DNA from: Patescibacteria group bacterium
GTDB taxonomy: Bacteria > Patescibacteriota > Patescibacteriia > Patescibacteriales > UBA12465
Direction of reading: 5' to 3'
Length of the DNA: 64,000 bases
Assembly: GCA_050949505.1 (NCBI GenBank)
Contig: JBMNFV010000001.1
Span: forward strand, 509,644-573,643
A program made the translations under genes and the position numbers. Positions 62,414 through 64,000 of this stretch are shown in pieces (the first letter of the stretch is position 1; each line of letters begins with the position of its first letter). The notes under the pieces were generated by a model that was given only the letters and a program-made list of their open reading frames with translations, was not told the origin of the DNA and ran no database searches.

Positions 62414-63454
62414 TTAACGAGACCATTCTGTGAGACCATAAGTGCCTCGTCCAGTCAAAACATAACGATTATCTAAAATTAATTCATTATGAACTGTAGC
62501 GGCATTGGCAGTTTTTTTGTCAAATTTAACTTCATTGATTCTAGCCGCTATTTCAGTAAAGTGCAGTGGTTGTTTTTCGTGCTTTAGCACTAAATAGATC
62601 TTATCATTTATTGTCTTAGGCTTAATTTCCTGAGAGTCTGATAGGCCCCAGTCACCAAAGCGATTTTGTCCTAAGTTTTTAATAGCTTGAATAAAAGAGT
62701 ATAGAACCTTATTACTATTAATGATCTCAGCCTTATCAGGGAAAACCTTACTTTTAAAGACTTTGAAAATATTAGACCCGGACTCTTCCTTAAACTTTTC
62801 TTGATACTTGTTATAAGCATCCAGTTGCCTTAATAACTCTAGCAATTCTTCGGTAGTATAAGTTTTCTTAAGCAGGTCCACCTTAGCTAACAAGTCATCA
62901 GCTAATTCTTCTAGATAATTAACTGACTCATCTTTAATTTTATAGGCATCATAGAAATTATCATCCTTAGCAATTAACTCTAAGTCCTTGTCCATTAGTC
63001 TAGATAAAATGAAATCAAAGTGATTATGATAAGTGGCTCGCTTAGCTTCATAATTATCAGACTCATATTTTAACTCCTTATCTATTTCCAGAGACATGAC
63101 GGTTAACATATCTAAGAGGTACTCTCGCCTAACTAAACCACCATGATCTTTTAGAAGCTTGTAGACCGTCTGCTTTAAAATACTAATCTGACCCTCTAGG
63201 TCATCTAGTTTTTTAATTTTCTTAATACTCGCTGACTCTATCTGCCTCACTCGCTCTCTGGTTAATTGATGCTCTTGACCAATTTTCTCTAAGGTCTCCC
63301 GGCGACCACTTAACAAGCCAAAGCGACGAGATAAAATATCTCGCTCTCTATCTAGTAGTTTTGAGAATAGGTCATTAACAATTCGGACGGCATCTAATCG
63401 GGTTAACTCCTCAGTTCTCTCTTTTTTTATCATTTTTTCCAATAAATTCTCCAT
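62414..63454 (-). CDS. sigma-70 region 4 HTH + C-terminal HARE-HTH-like domain protein
   Basis: The N-terminal RERDILSRRFGLLSGRRETLEKIGQEHQLTRERVRQIESASIKKIKKL matches region 4.2 of sigma-70. The C-terminal KIYLVLKHEKQPLHFTEIAARINE...TVHNELILDNRYVLTGRGTYGLTEW resembles the RpoE-delta/HARE-HTH pattern. Confidence 0.75.
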   Translation of the reverse strand: MENLLEKMIKKERTEELTRLDAVRIVNDLFSKLLDRERDILSRRFGLLSGRRETLEKIGQEHQLTRERVRQIESASIKKIKKLDDLEGQISILKQTVYKLLKDHGGLVRREYLLDMLTVMSLEIDKELKYESDNYEAKRATYHNHFDFILSRLMDKDLELIAKDDNFYDAYKIKDESVNYLEELADDLLAKVDLLKKTYTTEELLELLRQLDAYNKYQEKFKEESGSNIFKVFKSKVFPDKAEIINSNKVLYSFIQAIKNLGQNRFGDWGLSDSQEIKPKTINDKIYLVLKHEKQPLHFTEIAARINEVKFDKKTANAATVHNELILDNRYVLTGRGTYGLTEWSR

Positions 63455-63521
63455 ATAATAAAGTGTTTATAGTTCAGTTGAACTTATTTACTCAACAATT
63501 ACTGTATCATAATATTTTATA

Positions 63522-64000
63522 TTAGTCAACAGTTACCTTCTTTTCCTGCCTGGCTTGATAATATTGTCTAATTTTCTGATATTCTTTTAGTAGAAATCTT
63601 TCCAGGCTTAAAGCGTAAATAGCCATCATGCTCACTCTTAACATGATAATTATCTTTCCCCCAATTGATTCTTTTGGCCAGTATTTAATAAATAAATAGT
63701 GCTGATTAACAAAAGATAGGCGCCGCACTGCCTGACTCCGACGACGACGATTTAAAATAAAGGCTAGCGGGTTAACAGTTTCCTTAAAGGCGGTTCGGTC
63801 ATGATAGACAAGGGCGGTGGGCACTAATTGACTTAGTTCTCCAGCTTGAGCTAGCCGCAGAGCGAGGTCGCAGTCCTCTTTGTACATAAAAAAATCTTCG
63901 TCAAAAAATTGCCCAGCGGTCTTAATTTTCCCTAAGGCGGTTAATCTAAACAGTCCCGCTGCTCCTGAAGGGCCGAGAATGGTTTGATGGTCATACTGCC
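63522..64000 (-). CDS. glycosyltransferase family 2, C-terminal part; 5' end outside window
   Basis: The frame stays open upstream of the track's ATG to the window edge (...GPSGAAGLFRLTALGKIKTAGQFFDEDFFMYKEDCDLALRLAQAG), which is the typical GT2 ED...DL region. Confidence 0.75.
   Translation of the reverse strand, partial: QYDHQTILGPSGAAGLFRLTALGKIKTAGQFFDEDFFMYKEDCDLALRLAQAGELSQLVPTALVYHDRTAFKETVNPLAFILNRRRRSQAVRRLSFVNQHYLFIKYWPKESIGGKIIIMLRVSMMAIYALSLERFLLKEYQKIRQYYQARQEKKVTVD

Noticed and set aside
1-64000. Search for tRNA, rRNA, tmRNA, RNase P RNA, SRP RNA and riboswitches in all intergenic gaps
   Set aside because: I saw no T-loop (GGTTCGAATCC-like) or cloverleaf-compatible sequence and no recognisable conserved ncRNA cores by eye. 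The gaps are mostly under 120 nt and are explained by promoters and terminators. A covariance-model scan (tRNAscan-SE, Infernal/Rfam) would be needed for certainty.

Overview
AT-rich (about 40% GC by eye, not computed), roughly 90% coding chromosomal segment with 56 CDS. I recognised no rRNA, tRNA, CRISPR array or transposase. The gene content points to a small-genome Patescibacteria/CPR-like bacterium, which is an inference: two DUF4012 paralogues, many single-pass membrane or secreted hypotheticals, streamlined housekeeping genes, and cysteine-less enzyme homologues. Housekeeping genes: uvrC 3' end, rplJ-rplL, gltX, xerC/D-like, ftsQ-like, alr, serS, dnaX, rpmA, ctpA, cvpA, rsmI, secE-nusG-rplK-rplA, an RRM protein, ppiB-like, cca, gap, tsf, rpsB. 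An envelope polysaccharide locus lies at 3.7-17.5 kb (HTH protein, DUF4012, O-antigen-ligase-like, 3x GT4, Wzz-like, TagA/WecG). Candidates worth follow-up: (1) a 1276-aa protein (40067-43897, minus) with about 11 near-identical 34/35-aa repeats whose variation is confined to a few positions, plus a GNAT-like C-terminus. (2) A tightly packed minus-strand gene string from 62311 to 53111. It joins an orphan membrane domain, GT4, DUF4012 and a 'GTGPLPP' surface protein to Tgt-like and RlmN-like proteins that have lost all their metal-binding Cys/His ligands. (3) An 831-aa VirD4/TraD-like P-loop ATPase whose large N-terminal domain recurs as a stand-alone paralogue 30 kb away. (4) A visibly GC-richer insert (12.2-16.7 kb) encoding a beta-barrel-like secreted protein, a Pro-rich anchored protein and a lipoprotein with diderm-style signals. 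(5) A sigma region 4 + HARE-HTH fusion protein. (6) Complete absence of TGA stop codons in the window. Function calls rest on motifs read by eye from the translations; no database search was possible.
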